The notes under the pieces are model-generated. The model was not told the origin of the DNA. It ran no database searches and was given only the letters and a program-made list of their open reading frames with translations. Source: a virus. From it: a stretch of 64,000 nt of DNA. The stretch's first letter is position 1. Each line of letters opens with the position of its first letter. The translations under genes and the position numbers were made by a program. Location of the stretch: IMG/VR virus record IMGVR_UViG_3300027816_000056; one strand, written 5' to 3'. Below, piece by piece: positions 27,946 through 37,625 of the stretch.

Positions 27946-28293
27946 TTACTTCCAAAAGAGTTGTATCATTAGTAGTATGAATGCTAACAACAAAGATACA
28001 GCCGTTTTCATGTTAATAGCTTCATCTCGAAACAGCCAAGTCATAATAGCAAATATTGTAATTCCAGTAACAAATGAAACAAATCTTCCAGGCCAAAAAA
28101 CACCGCCAAATCCTTCTACAGCAAAGCGGGTTGCCTCCATAAACAGCCAAGTAATAGGAATTCCTAATGCAATTAATGCCCATTTCCATTTTACTGCCCA
28201 TGGCCACAATAATGGTCCGTTGGTTTGAATCCAAACAATGCCCTGTCCCAACAAGAAAATTGCTATGGATAATAGTATGTATTTATAGTTCAT
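27946..28293 (-). CDS. multi-pass membrane protein
   Basis: Four hydrophobic helices. Confidence 0.7.
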   Translation of the reverse strand: MNYKYILLSIAIFLLGQGIVWIQTNGPLLWPWAVKWKWALIALGIPITWLFMEATRFAVEGFGGVFWPGRFVSFVTGITIFAIMTWLFRDEAINMKTAVSLLLAFILLMIQLFWK

Positions 28294-28328
28294 ACTATGA
28301 ATATATAAAAAAATGCATGATATTCAAA

Positions 28329-28904
28329 TCATTTATCGGATTTTTCGGATGCATACTTAACACCCATTATAGTACCAATTATACTAAATGCATTGGTTAA
28401 CAAGATGCCAAACATGTTACTCCAGGTAGATCCGATGATTTGCGTGTCTTTATCGGCAAATAAGGCAACCATGTAAATAGTTGTAGTTATGAATCCAACT
28501 CCTATTATGATTATGAGAGACACTTTTACTATGAGATTGATTAATTCAAACTGAGTACGTTTCTGCATCATGTCCAAATCATCCATTGCAGCATCCCGGG
28601 CCTTCTCAGCATCACAACGTGATTGTTCTGCAGAATCCAATGCTTCTTGCAATTCTACCATTAGTTGTTGATTGGCTTGTTGAGATTCTACCAACTCTTT
28701 GTTTTGTGTTTGAATTTGTTTGGTTATTTCTAAACGTTTGCGACGATTGTCTTTGTCTTTATCACTACATGTTTGCAGATACGTTGCAAACTCAGAATCA
28801 TCTGATGAGTCTATCATTCTAATGATGTTTCCTTCGAGTCCTATACCACGCTTTTGATATAACTCTTTTAATTTTTGTTTTGTATCCTGATCAAATTTTA
28901 TCAT
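28329..28904 (-). CDS. coiled-coil protein with two C-terminal TM helices
   Basis: Long heptad region then two TMs; ATGA overlap with receiver gene. Confidence 0.75.
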   Translation of the reverse strand: MIKFDQDTKQKLKELYQKRGIGLEGNIIRMIDSSDDSEFATYLQTCSDKDKDNRRKRLEITKQIQTQNKELVESQQANQQLMVELQEALDSAEQSRCDAEKARDAAMDDLDMMQKRTQFELINLIVKVSLIIIIGVGFITTTIYMVALFADKDTQIIGSTWSNMFGILLTNAFSIIGTIMGVKYASEKSDK

Positions 28905-29338
28905 CTATATACTTTAAAAGGAGCCGTTCTAGTTTGATAACGTTGATAGTCATTCCGGAATTCTTCTAGTCTCGGCTCAATTTCATCTGATTTGATTATC
29001 CAGAACTGAGCTCCAGCTGTTTGTGCTTTTGTTTGTTCTGTTGCTTCATCTGAGGATGATATAATTCCGATTACTACGTGATTACCGTATTCAAAATTAA
29101 TTTTGCGTATCAATTCAATTCCGTCAAAACTAGATCCAATAATATTTAAATCTACAAATACGCAAGCCGGTTTTTCTTCAACCAATCCGTTTTCAAACCA
29201 ATTTTTAAACATTCGTTCTGCTTCGTCTGAACTATTAATTGCTTGCAACGATAATGTTATATCCAACAAACTACAAGCATCTTCAAATACTAAGTGAAAC
29301 AAATCTTCATCATCTACTAATAAAATTGATTCAATCAT
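28901..29338 (-). CDS. stand-alone response regulator receiver (CheY-like)
   Basis: ILLVDDE, VFVDLN (phospho-Asp), DGIELIRKI, IISSS, IIK. Confidence 0.9.
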   Translation of the reverse strand: MIESILLVDDEDLFHLVFEDACSLLDITLSLQAINSSDEAERMFKNWFENGLVEEKPACVFVDLNIIGSSFDGIELIRKINFEYGNHVVIGIISSSDEATEQTKAQTAGAQFWIIKSDEIEPRLEEFRNDYQRYQTRTAPFKVYR

Positions 29339-31145
29339 TCCCAGTTCCTAATTTAATTTTAATTTTTGTTCCTATTTCATTTTTATCACAACTTATTTTA
29401 AATCCATGTTCTGTTAATATTGCTACACATATGTTTAATCCTAAACCAGTACCTGTTTCTTTTTGTCCGGGTTTTCTGGTATATGGTTTAGACAGATGAT
29501 TGAATTCGTCTTGAGTCAAGCCTCGTCCATTGTCTTGTATAACTACATCACCATTTTCTATATATATCTTCACAAACTTAGTTGAGCTATCATTGTACTT
29601 CAATCCGTTACGAATCAAGTTATCAACCGCAGTGCAAAATAATGGTTCATTTACATCTGCATTGCCAAGATCTTCTAGTATAACTTGACTTTTGTATGAT
29701 GTTGAAGTCAAATAAGATTCTAGTATTTGTTTCAAGTCACATGTAGTTTTATTAAGTACTACGTCTTTTTTAACTAGGTTGGTAAATTCATATACTCCTT
29801 TATAAACTTTTTGAGTATGAGTCAATCCTTCTTTTATCATTTTTAAAGGAGCTTCTAATTTTAAATTTTTTATAGTATCATCAGTTAATCTTCGTTCTAG
29901 AGAATTTACACCACGTGGGATATACGTGTTGATTCCAGAATGCATATCATGTCGCAGAATCTTTGCTGCATGTTCTAAGTATGTATTTTGTTTTTCTATT
30001 TCTTGTGCACTTTTTACAACATCAGTAACATCGTATCGAATTGAAGTAAATCCTTGCAATTGGCCTTTTTCATCAAACTCAGCTTTAATATAAGAATCTA
30101 CCCAATACAATTCTCCGGACTTGTTTTTATTGGTAACTACACCATTCCATATTTTACGTTGCCGCAATACAGTATCATACATATCCTGCCAATATTCTCT
30201 GTTATGATATCCCGAATTAACTATTCGATGATCTTGACCCATAGCTTCATCGGCAGTCCAACCCGATACTTGCTGAAACTTTTCATTTACATAAGTTATT
30301 CGTCCTTTAGCATCTGTTTTGCTAACAAGCACTGATGAATCTACAAATTGTTCAAATTCATTGAAACGATTCTTTTGTTTTAATATCACAGATTCTTTAT
30401 AAGCCACTCTTTTTCTCAAGGCAATATATGATATCAACAAGATTAAAACTGCAATTACAGCACCCGTTGATACCAAATAACGGTATAAAGTTTGGCGTTC
30501 TGTTTTTAATATGGATGTTTGTTTCTTTAAAACGTTTTCTTTGACAGTTAAATCTATAACATGCTTTTCTTTTTCTAAATGATCTATGGTTTTGTCTTTT
30601 GCATCAATGACATCTTTACTTGCTTTGTTTTTTACAAGTACAGCACGTTCTGTTGTTAATTTTTGAATTTGTTTATCAATACGTTCTGCTAATTGTTTGA
30701 TTTGTGTTTCATTGAGTTGATCATAACTGTCTGGAATACTTTCTAGAAACTTAGCATCTTGTTGCAAACTTTTCAATTGTTCTGCAGTTGCATCAGAAAT
30801 CTCTGGAGTCAGTTGTTTTACAATTGTTTCGGGTTGAATCTCTACAACTTCAACATATGTTTTGGCTTTATACAAATACCAATCCGCTGCATCATACATT
30901 TCTCGATTGTAAAATGCAATTGCAATCTCTCTGCAGAGTTTAGCATTCTTTTTAGTAATAGGTTTGTTTGGAGTAGTTAAAAACTCCGGATCTAATTGTT
31001 CAATCAATCCGGTTATGTATGCATCTTCAGGACATAAAGGTATGCCTTGATCCCATGTAGTTTCTACATGTTGTTCGTGATCGAAGTGCTGTGCGATAAC
31101 TGTATATGGTAGTAACAATAAAGCTAATATGATTTTAAACTTCAT
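29331..31145 (-). CDS. membrane-bound PAS sensor histidine kinase
   Basis: Signal peptide, periplasmic helical region, TM, PAS (TDAKGRITYVN...GELYWV), H-box LRHDM, N-box NLIRNGLKYN, DNGRG, GTGLGL. Confidence 0.92.
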   Translation of the reverse strand: MKFKIILALLLLPYTVIAQHFDHEQHVETTWDQGIPLCPEDAYITGLIEQLDPEFLTTPNKPITKKNAKLCREIAIAFYNREMYDAADWYLYKAKTYVEVVEIQPETIVKQLTPEISDATAEQLKSLQQDAKFLESIPDSYDQLNETQIKQLAERIDKQIQKLTTERAVLVKNKASKDVIDAKDKTIDHLEKEKHVIDLTVKENVLKKQTSILKTERQTLYRYLVSTGAVIAVLILLISYIALRKRVAYKESVILKQKNRFNEFEQFVDSSVLVSKTDAKGRITYVNEKFQQVSGWTADEAMGQDHRIVNSGYHNREYWQDMYDTVLRQRKIWNGVVTNKNKSGELYWVDSYIKAEFDEKGQLQGFTSIRYDVTDVVKSAQEIEKQNTYLEHAAKILRHDMHSGINTYIPRGVNSLERRLTDDTIKNLKLEAPLKMIKEGLTHTQKVYKGVYEFTNLVKKDVVLNKTTCDLKQILESYLTSTSYKSQVILEDLGNADVNEPLFCTAVDNLIRNGLKYNDSSTKFVKIYIENGDVVIQDNGRGLTQDEFNHLSKPYTRKPGQKETGTGLGLNICVAILTEHGFKISCDKNEIGTKIKIKLGTGND

Positions 31146-31162
31146 GTTACTACCATAATCTA

Positions 31163-31621
31163 TTAGTAAGGTTTATAAACAGTTTTGCCGCCAGATTTAA
31201 CAGCTTTTAGGATTTGTTTGCGTTGACGTCCTTTTGATTCATATGATACATGAACCCAATCTGGATTTTTATCTGTTCCGAATTCCCAAATAAGCTGATC
31301 AAATTCTAGATTGTCTTTGATGAAGTTGAATACTTCGGCATTTGTGATATCTGTTCCATCCATATCAATATCAATTGCTTCACCGGAACAATGTTGTGAA
31401 GATGAACTTCCTCCGACAGCTTTGTTAAGAGCTGCACTTCTGTAGCCTGATGAAATGTGAATTGGCTTTCCAAAATGTTCTCGAATTGGTTGGAATACTT
31501 TTTCAGCTAATAGTTTGAAATTCTCAATATGCTCTAGTGTTGGCATATTGCTAATACCTTTACGTTTCGCAGTTTCACTTCGCATAACTTCTGCTAAAAC
31601 TAAATTTTTACTCAATTGCAT
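31163..31621 (-). CDS. peptidase M15A endolysin
   Basis: ISSGYRS...SQHCSGEAIDI...WVHVSY. Confidence 0.9.
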   Translation of the reverse strand: MQLSKNLVLAEVMRSETAKRKGISNMPTLEHIENFKLLAEKVFQPIREHFGKPIHISSGYRSAALNKAVGGSSSSQHCSGEAIDIDMDGTDITNAEVFNFIKDNLEFDQLIWEFGTDKNPDWVHVSYESKGRQRKQILKAVKSGGKTVYKPY

Positions 31622-31624
31622 AAA

Positions 31625-32086
31625 TTAATCCTTTTTAAAATATAAATTTGCTTCCGCTTCTCTACGTCTTACTAATCCTTTAAGTGTTTTACCACCAGCT
31701 TTGACCCATTTCATGAATTCATCGCGAATGGTTTCATCTTGCGGATTAGCATTAACTTTTTTCAATAGTGTTGATGATTTTAAATTTGCTGGGCCTAAGT
31801 TGTAAGCAAATGACACTAATGCATCAAATTGATTTTGATTGATATCATCTCGGCAATATGAATCAACATAGCGTTCAAAACTTGCTAACATGCTCTGTAA
31901 TAGTTCGGTTCCTTTTGTCTCAGTAATTACAGCATCAGTCATTGTTACTTTTTTACCATCTGGGTAAAATGTAGCACCATATCCTATTGTAGGAATACCT
32001 GCAGGACATTTATATGGTGCTCCTCTAAATCCTTCGAATGTTTTGATTAGTTCAATACCACCGGTACCTGTTTTTGTTATTTTCAT
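31625..32086 (-). CDS. GH24 lysozyme (endolysin)
   Basis: FEG...YKCPAGIPTIGYG, QFDALVSFAYNLG, GLVRRREAE. Confidence 0.93.
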   Translation of the reverse strand: MKITKTGTGGIELIKTFEGFRGAPYKCPAGIPTIGYGATFYPDGKKVTMTDAVITETKGTELLQSMLASFERYVDSYCRDDINQNQFDALVSFAYNLGPANLKSSTLLKKVNANPQDETIRDEFMKWVKAGGKTLKGLVRRREAEANLYFKKD

Positions 32087-32102
32087 GACTTGTTACTTGT
32101 AT

Positions 32103-32321
32103 TTATTTTTTTAATAGAAATTTTTCAGCAACATTGCCGGCAATGCAAATAATTACAATGGTTTTAACTGCATCTACTAGATCTGTAGATGGTTTAACAG
32201 ATTCATGAGAATATGAATTCAACAACATTGTAACGGCAATAAATAAAAATCCAATAAATGCAATAACTCGTTTGATAGATGTATCTCCGCCAGTAAACAT
32301 TTCTGTAATAAATTTTTTCAT
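32103..32321 (-). CDS. putative holin
   Basis: 72 aa, two TMs, basic C-terminus, directly upstream of endolysins. Confidence 0.7.
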   Translation of the reverse strand: MKKFITEMFTGGDTSIKRVIAFIGFLFIAVTMLLNSYSHESVKPSTDLVDAVKTIVIICIAGNVAEKFLLKK

Positions 32322-32345
32322 GTAGCTCCTAATATACTTTCAAGT

Positions 32346-32353
32346 ATAAATAT
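32346..32353 (-). promoter_or_regulatory. class B (putative late) promoter element ATATTTAT
   Basis: Same octamer just upstream of ORFs at 15652, 21901, 24421, 26391, 27936, 50203 and 63154. Confidence 0.5.
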
Positions 32354-32377
32354 CAACTACAAACAAATAACAGAAAA

Positions 32378-33286
32378 CTAAATACCTAAATCTTTTTTAT
32401 ATTGTTTGATCCATGTCGGTAAATCTCCAACAGGATTCCATCCTAAGATGTTACGAGCTTTTGTATTATCTGCTAATGTTTCTTTAGGCTCGATTCTAGG
32501 ATATCCATACGTTTTTTCCCCACCCATCATATCAGCTACCTCATTAACTGAATAGTTTTTTCCGTTTCCAATGTTAAAAACTTCTCCATTTAACGGGTCG
32601 ATGTATGTAGCTGCTAACCAATTAGCTTGTACTACATCATCTACGTATGTAAAATCTCTTCGTTGTTCTCCATCATTTGTAATAGTTAGCGGCAATCCAT
32701 CTAACATTTGTTTTGCAAATATTCCCATTACTAAACAATAAGCTCCTTCAGTTGCCATTCGATTTCCATATACATTGAAATAACGAAGAGATACCGTATC
32801 TAATCCGTATACCTGACTAAACATTTTACAATATTGTTCTCCGATTAATTTTTGAAGACCATATGGAGATAATGGATTGGTACCATGAGTTTCGGGTGTC
32901 GGAAATTGTGTAGCATCTCCATATGCCGATGACGATGCACTATATACAACTCGTTTAACACCAGCTCGATGTGCTGCTAACAATACTTTAAGTGTACCTT
33001 GAACGTTTACCGTATTAAATGTAATGGGATCTTCTATAGATGGTTGCACCCGAGCCATAGCGGCAAAATGAAAAACAAAATCTACTTCATTGAATATATC
33101 AGTTAATTCATCAACATCGATTTTTGCTAAATCTTTGTTATAAAATTTTGCTAGATTATTTATGTTTTCTGCTTTACCCGTAGATAAGTTATCAATTACA
33201 ATTACATGACATCCTCGTTGTAACAAATAATCAGTCATATTTGAGCCTATAAATCCAGCCCCACCGGTTACTACTACTTTTTGCAT
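32378..33286 (-). CDS. NAD-dependent nucleotide-sugar epimerase (GalE/WbpP-like)
   Basis: TGGAGFIG, SSSAYG, YGLQK, RYFNVYG. Confidence 0.92.
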   Translation of the reverse strand: MQKVVVTGGAGFIGSNMTDYLLQRGCHVIVIDNLSTGKAENINNLAKFYNKDLAKIDVDELTDIFNEVDFVFHFAAMARVQPSIEDPITFNTVNVQGTLKVLLAAHRAGVKRVVYSASSSAYGDATQFPTPETHGTNPLSPYGLQKLIGEQYCKMFSQVYGLDTVSLRYFNVYGNRMATEGAYCLVMGIFAKQMLDGLPLTITNDGEQRRDFTYVDDVVQANWLAATYIDPLNGEVFNIGNGKNYSVNEVADMMGGEKTYGYPRIEPKETLADNTKARNILGWNPVGDLPTWIKQYKKDLGI

Positions 33287-34476
33287 ATTATTAAATCTTT
33301 CTCATATGTTTCTAAATGATTAATTGTTATGTTTAATGTTCCTAATTGAAATGATCCTATTTCTCCGGATTGTTGAATAATTTCAGCAAGTTGCTGAATA
33401 TACATATAATCTTGATTACTCATTCGATTGCTATCTATTTCTACTACAATATCATTTTCTGACATAGGATCATTAAAACCAATACAAAATACTCGTTTAG
33501 TCAAATCAAATGTAGTATTAGATTGTTCCCGTTCAATATAATCTGCAGTTAAAACTTGCATATCATCATCAATATAAATTCTATCACACCATGGTTCTAA
33601 AAGTTCTAATAATGAAGCAGTACATGATTTGACTCGAAATGCAATGTTATATTTTGGCGGAATAATAGGTTTCATTAATTCATCATGTTTGCAAAAATGA
33701 CCCCATTTACGTATAAAATTACGCGTTGAACGTAAATTTTGAGCTTCCCATTCCGAACTGTTAGTTCCGGGAGTTGTTAGTGTTGGATTGAATCTACTAC
33801 CCCTGCAAGTCATATGATATACACAACCTTTCCATGTTTGTATAAATTTAACACCATTTAATTGAAAACGATTAAATATATCTGAATCTTCTTTAGACTG
33901 TGGTGCATATAATGTATCATGTCCTTTGATTTCTTGGAAATCTGATTTCATAAATGCCCATGGCGCAAATACTCCTTCTGTAACATGATTTCCTTTTAAC
34001 GGGTGACAATTAGTAAACCATTGTAAAAATGCAACTTCATTAAAGTTTTCAGGTTCAATTCCCCAATCAGCTAATACTTTTTCAGGACCGTCTGGATGTA
34101 ATGGTGGTTCAATCCTAGTTAACGAAACAATGCGTTTTGTACCAATATGTTTTTCAATTGCATCTAATGCGCCTGGACATAGATACATATCAGCATGATA
34201 TATGATACATATATCGTGTGTTGCAACCTCATTAACTAATCGGTCATATAATATAGTATGACCAAGTCTGTTAGGGCCTTCATTTCGTATAGCTTTAAAA
34301 TTTGTATCTTTATCCATCATTTCAAGACACCATTCCCATGTATCATCTTTATCACTGAAATCATCAGCAACGCAAATTTCTACTTCATGTTTACCTTGAT
34401 TTTTTCTAATTGCATCATAAGACCATTTAAGATACTTTAAATTGTTCCTGGAAGGTTGTATAAAACTTATTTTCAT
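33274..34476 (-). CDS. glycosyltransferase family 2
   Basis: VADDFS, HADM, EDSD, YH motifs; start MKISFIQP. Confidence 0.8.
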   Translation of the reverse strand: MKISFIQPSRNNLKYLKWSYDAIRKNQGKHEVEICVADDFSDKDDTWEWCLEMMDKDTNFKAIRNEGPNRLGHTILYDRLVNEVATHDICIIYHADMYLCPGALDAIEKHIGTKRIVSLTRIEPPLHPDGPEKVLADWGIEPENFNEVAFLQWFTNCHPLKGNHVTEGVFAPWAFMKSDFQEIKGHDTLYAPQSKEDSDIFNRFQLNGVKFIQTWKGCVYHMTCRGSRFNPTLTTPGTNSSEWEAQNLRSTRNFIRKWGHFCKHDELMKPIIPPKYNIAFRVKSCTASLLELLEPWCDRIYIDDDMQVLTADYIEREQSNTTFDLTKRVFCIGFNDPMSENDIVVEIDSNRMSNQDYMYIQQLAEIIQQSGEIGSFQLGTLNITINHLETYEKDLIICKK

Positions 34477-35365
34477 GATATTTTTCTTTGTATAATTTTT
34501 TTGTTGTATTACTACAATATAAGTAAAATTCTTCATCTATCCTAAGTTTTTGCGCAATCATTCTAGCAGATTGTAAATCTCCTAGTTCAACTGTTAAATC
34601 TGGATGAAGTTGTTCTTGTGTATCTAATCCTCGATAACCAATGCATGGAATTCCTAGATATGAACAATTTAGGGCAAAGGTACCCGCGGCATGAGTTCGC
34701 ATTAAATGTATGCCGTATTTAAATTTATTAAGTGACTGAATCCAGGTTGTCCAATTCATATACGGAAAATGATTTAATAGCTGATCTTCATGTGACTGTT
34801 TTCTCCCCATCGATGGTGCCCATACAGTATTATCTAATTCTTGAGCAATCATATATGAATCAAAACCACTATACCATGAAACAAAATTACCTCCAATAAT
34901 AACACCGCTACGATCGATTACATCTAACTGGCCAACAGCATCCTCAATCATTAAAGATGGTAAAACACGAACATCTGGATGTGTCGTTAATCCTTGATAA
35001 TATTTACGATCGGATTCATTATGAGTAAAAATAATATCTGCACTAGTTAATGTGTTAAAATACCAAATTTGTTGATGTAATGGATAATCCTGCCAAAGCC
35101 AGTTAGGACCTTCTTGCATTATAGCTACTTGTTTACAAACCATTCGTAGTTTGTTAATATCAAATTCTGGATTGTTTTTTGGAATAATAACAATTCCTAA
35201 ATCAAATACCGGACTTTCGATATACTCAGTAGACTCCATTGCATGTTTAATATTAAAATGTTCTGCATCTAACGCACACATCCATGCAAATTCAGTTCTC
35301 ATATTATCATGGGTTCTGGAAATCTTCCCGTGGAAGCCCATCTCAGTAAAAAATGCTATTTTCAT
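34427..35365 (-). CDS. GT-B fold glycosyltransferase-like protein
   Basis: AAGTFALNCSYLGIPCIG C-terminal GT-B motif. Confidence 0.65.
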   Translation of the reverse strand: MKIAFFTEMGFHGKISRTHDNMRTEFAWMCALDAEHFNIKHAMESTEYIESPVFDLGIVIIPKNNPEFDINKLRMVCKQVAIMQEGPNWLWQDYPLHQQIWYFNTLTSADIIFTHNESDRKYYQGLTTHPDVRVLPSLMIEDAVGQLDVIDRSGVIIGGNFVSWYSGFDSYMIAQELDNTVWAPSMGRKQSHEDQLLNHFPYMNWTTWIQSLNKFKYGIHLMRTHAAGTFALNCSYLGIPCIGYRGLDTQEQLHPDLTVELGDLQSARMIAQKLRIDEEFYLYCSNTTKKLYKEKYHENKFYTTFQEQFKVS

Positions 35366-35910
35366 ACAACTCGTTTTAGCACACTAAGACCAGGAAATTC
35401 TTCGATAACTAAATCAATTGTCCAATTTTCATTTAAAGACAGAAAATCATTCATAGCAGAATTTACTCCTGGGAACTTGATAATATCATGCATAATAATA
35501 TACTGTTTAACATCGCCTTCGAATAAATTTAATTCTTTTAAAACATGCGCATATGTATGCAACCCATCAATAAATAATAAATCTACATTAGATATGCGCA
35601 TTTTATGAGAAGATTTTTCCTCAAGAATTAGTTCAATTTTATTTGCATTACAAATTTCTTGATAATCCTTTAATTTAGGTTTAGCTCGATCGAATGATAT
35701 ATCGCATAATGTAATTTTACTAGGATTTGACTTTAACCATGCCCATGATGATATCATAGTTTCTACGCCAATTTCTACAATATGGCCGCCTTCGCATTTT
35801 TTTCCATATTGATATAATATATCCATTAAATGATGTATATATCTACTTTCGGGTGTTGTATGAAGTTTACACTGATCAAAATATTCATTAATTAATTCAA
35901 TTTGTTTCAT
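35362..35910 (-). CDS. class I SAM methyltransferase (Methyltransf_24-like)
   Basis: VEIGV, DLLFIDGLHTY, IIMHD. Confidence 0.8.
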   Translation of the reverse strand: MKQIELINEYFDQCKLHTTPESRYIHHLMDILYQYGKKCEGGHIVEIGVETMISSWAWLKSNPSKITLCDISFDRAKPKLKDYQEICNANKIELILEEKSSHKMRISNVDLLFIDGLHTYAHVLKELNLFEGDVKQYIIMHDIIKFPGVNSAMNDFLSLNENWTIDLVIEEFPGLSVLKRVV

Positions 35911-35928
35911 ATATATTTACCTTTTTAT

Positions 35929-36558
35929 TTATAATCTATACAATTGTCTTGCTTTGAATTTTTCAACGTATTTAATACCTTTTTTATAACTTTGATAGTT
36001 TAAATGAAATGATTCAAATACAGGACGTTGAAAATACCATCTATCTTTTTGAGAAGTAAAATATTGTAACTGATTAAACTTTTCATCGAATTGATCTGTA
36101 ATATCAACAAACATGTTTGGATACCATGTATCCAAAGTACTAGGCGTTCTATATTCAATGATACTTAGATTTTTAATTCTCGTTAGTGGATATGATAATT
36201 CGTTAACAAATTTATGTTCAAAATGCGAATCGTCTGATGTTGGAATAAATATGCATGCATGTTCATCCGTAATTATTTTTGTCTCAATAAAATTCACCCA
36301 GCCGTCGTGTCCTAATTCATCCATGTAATATGTTTCAGAAAACATTAATGAAACATTTGAATCTACATTTTCCCAAACATTCATAACTTCTTGATGTCTA
36401 GGTCTATCACTCGTTTCATCAAATTGTCCGCCAACTGTCATACAAAAAATATCAAAATGCGTATCTTGATATTTTCTTATCGTACCCATCATTGCATATT
36501 CAACATCATCTGGATGCGGCGCTAAACATAAAACTCTATCAAAATTTAAAAATTTCAT
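35929..36558 (-). CDS. PIG-L/LmbE family de-N-acetylase
   Basis: APHPDDVE and DSHFEH. Confidence 0.85.
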   Translation of the reverse strand: MKFLNFDRVLCLAPHPDDVEYAMMGTIRKYQDTHFDIFCMTVGGQFDETSDRPRHQEVMNVWENVDSNVSLMFSETYYMDELGHDGWVNFIETKIITDEHACIFIPTSDDSHFEHKFVNELSYPLTRIKNLSIIEYRTPSTLDTWYPNMFVDITDQFDEKFNQLQYFTSQKDRWYFQRPVFESFHLNYQSYKKGIKYVEKFKARQLYRL

Positions 36559-37625
36559 TAAACTACCTCAAAATACGTATCATCAATTGCTTGTTCGGAT
36601 AAAATATCATTCATCCAAAATACACATATCAAATCATCATTACCAACATTGGTTAAATTGTGAGTATAATATGGCGGCATATCGATAACTTTATTGTCCG
36701 AATCTTTTATATTATAAGAAATAATTTTATTACTACCAATCTTTCGCATTTCAATCTTTGCATGTCCTTGTACTATACAAAAACGTTCAACTCGTTTTGT
36801 ATGAAAATGGTTTCCTCGAGTTACGTTAGGTTTTGTAGTCGAATAAAATATTTGTCCTTGTTCTTTCGAAATAACTAATTCTTTTAATTCACCCCGATTA
36901 TCTTCTATATGTTTAACATCAAATACAGGATTCATAATATATGATCGAAATGTTGTAAACATATTCAATTCAAATTCACTTTGAAATTTTGGTATTTTGC
37001 CTGTTTGAATATATGATAAAAAATTAGTCAACATTTCGGTAACGATGCCTATTGATGACATAACATCAAACTCAACATCAAATCGATGACCTAAAATTAT
37101 TTCATGAATTTGTTTGCATAAATTTTCTACATATAACAACGATATTGGATTATCTATAACATTAATTTTTTTATCTTGTATTAAAGAATCGCATAGCGTT
37201 GCAATAAATGAATTGTAATTTGGTTTACAAAATGGGCCATATATGTTCGGCAGTTTAATTGAAATAAAATTGTTATTTTTTGCCCATTTTGCGAATTGTT
37301 CTTTATTGTTTCTACGCCATTTGCCATATACATTATCTGCATCTTCATGAATCGATGATGTATAGATAACCAATGGCTGTGTTTGAATACTATCTAATGC
37401 TGAAATTAAATCGGTTGTACTTTGAATATTATTGTTGTATAATTCATTCTCATCTCCGCGATTTTTTTCTGCCATATGGATAATGACGTCGCATTTTTTT
37501 AAATTATGCAAATCTGCAAATAAATTCCTTTGCAATTGAATTACTTCAATATCTGTACATTTGTATTTAAAATATACATTTAAATGATATGAAATAAAAC
37601 CAGATCCATTTAATCCAATAATCAT
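36558..37625 (-). CDS. CapF/WbjC(FnlB)-like SDR-cupin nucleotide-sugar epimerase/reductase
   Basis: LPNIYGPFCKPNYNS, DNRG, RGNHFHTKRVERF, YTHNLTN. Confidence 0.85.
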   Translation of the reverse strand: MIIGLNGSGFISYHLNVYFKYKCTDIEVIQLQRNLFADLHNLKKCDVIIHMAEKNRGDENELYNNNIQSTTDLISALDSIQTQPLVIYTSSIHEDADNVYGKWRRNNKEQFAKWAKNNNFISIKLPNIYGPFCKPNYNSFIATLCDSLIQDKKINVIDNPISLLYVENLCKQIHEIILGHRFDVEFDVMSSIGIVTEMLTNFLSYIQTGKIPKFQSEFELNMFTTFRSYIMNPVFDVKHIEDNRGELKELVISKEQGQIFYSTTKPNVTRGNHFHTKRVERFCIVQGHAKIEMRKIGSNKIISYNIKDSDNKVIDMPPYYTHNLTNVGNDDLICVFWMNDILSEQAIDDTYFEVV

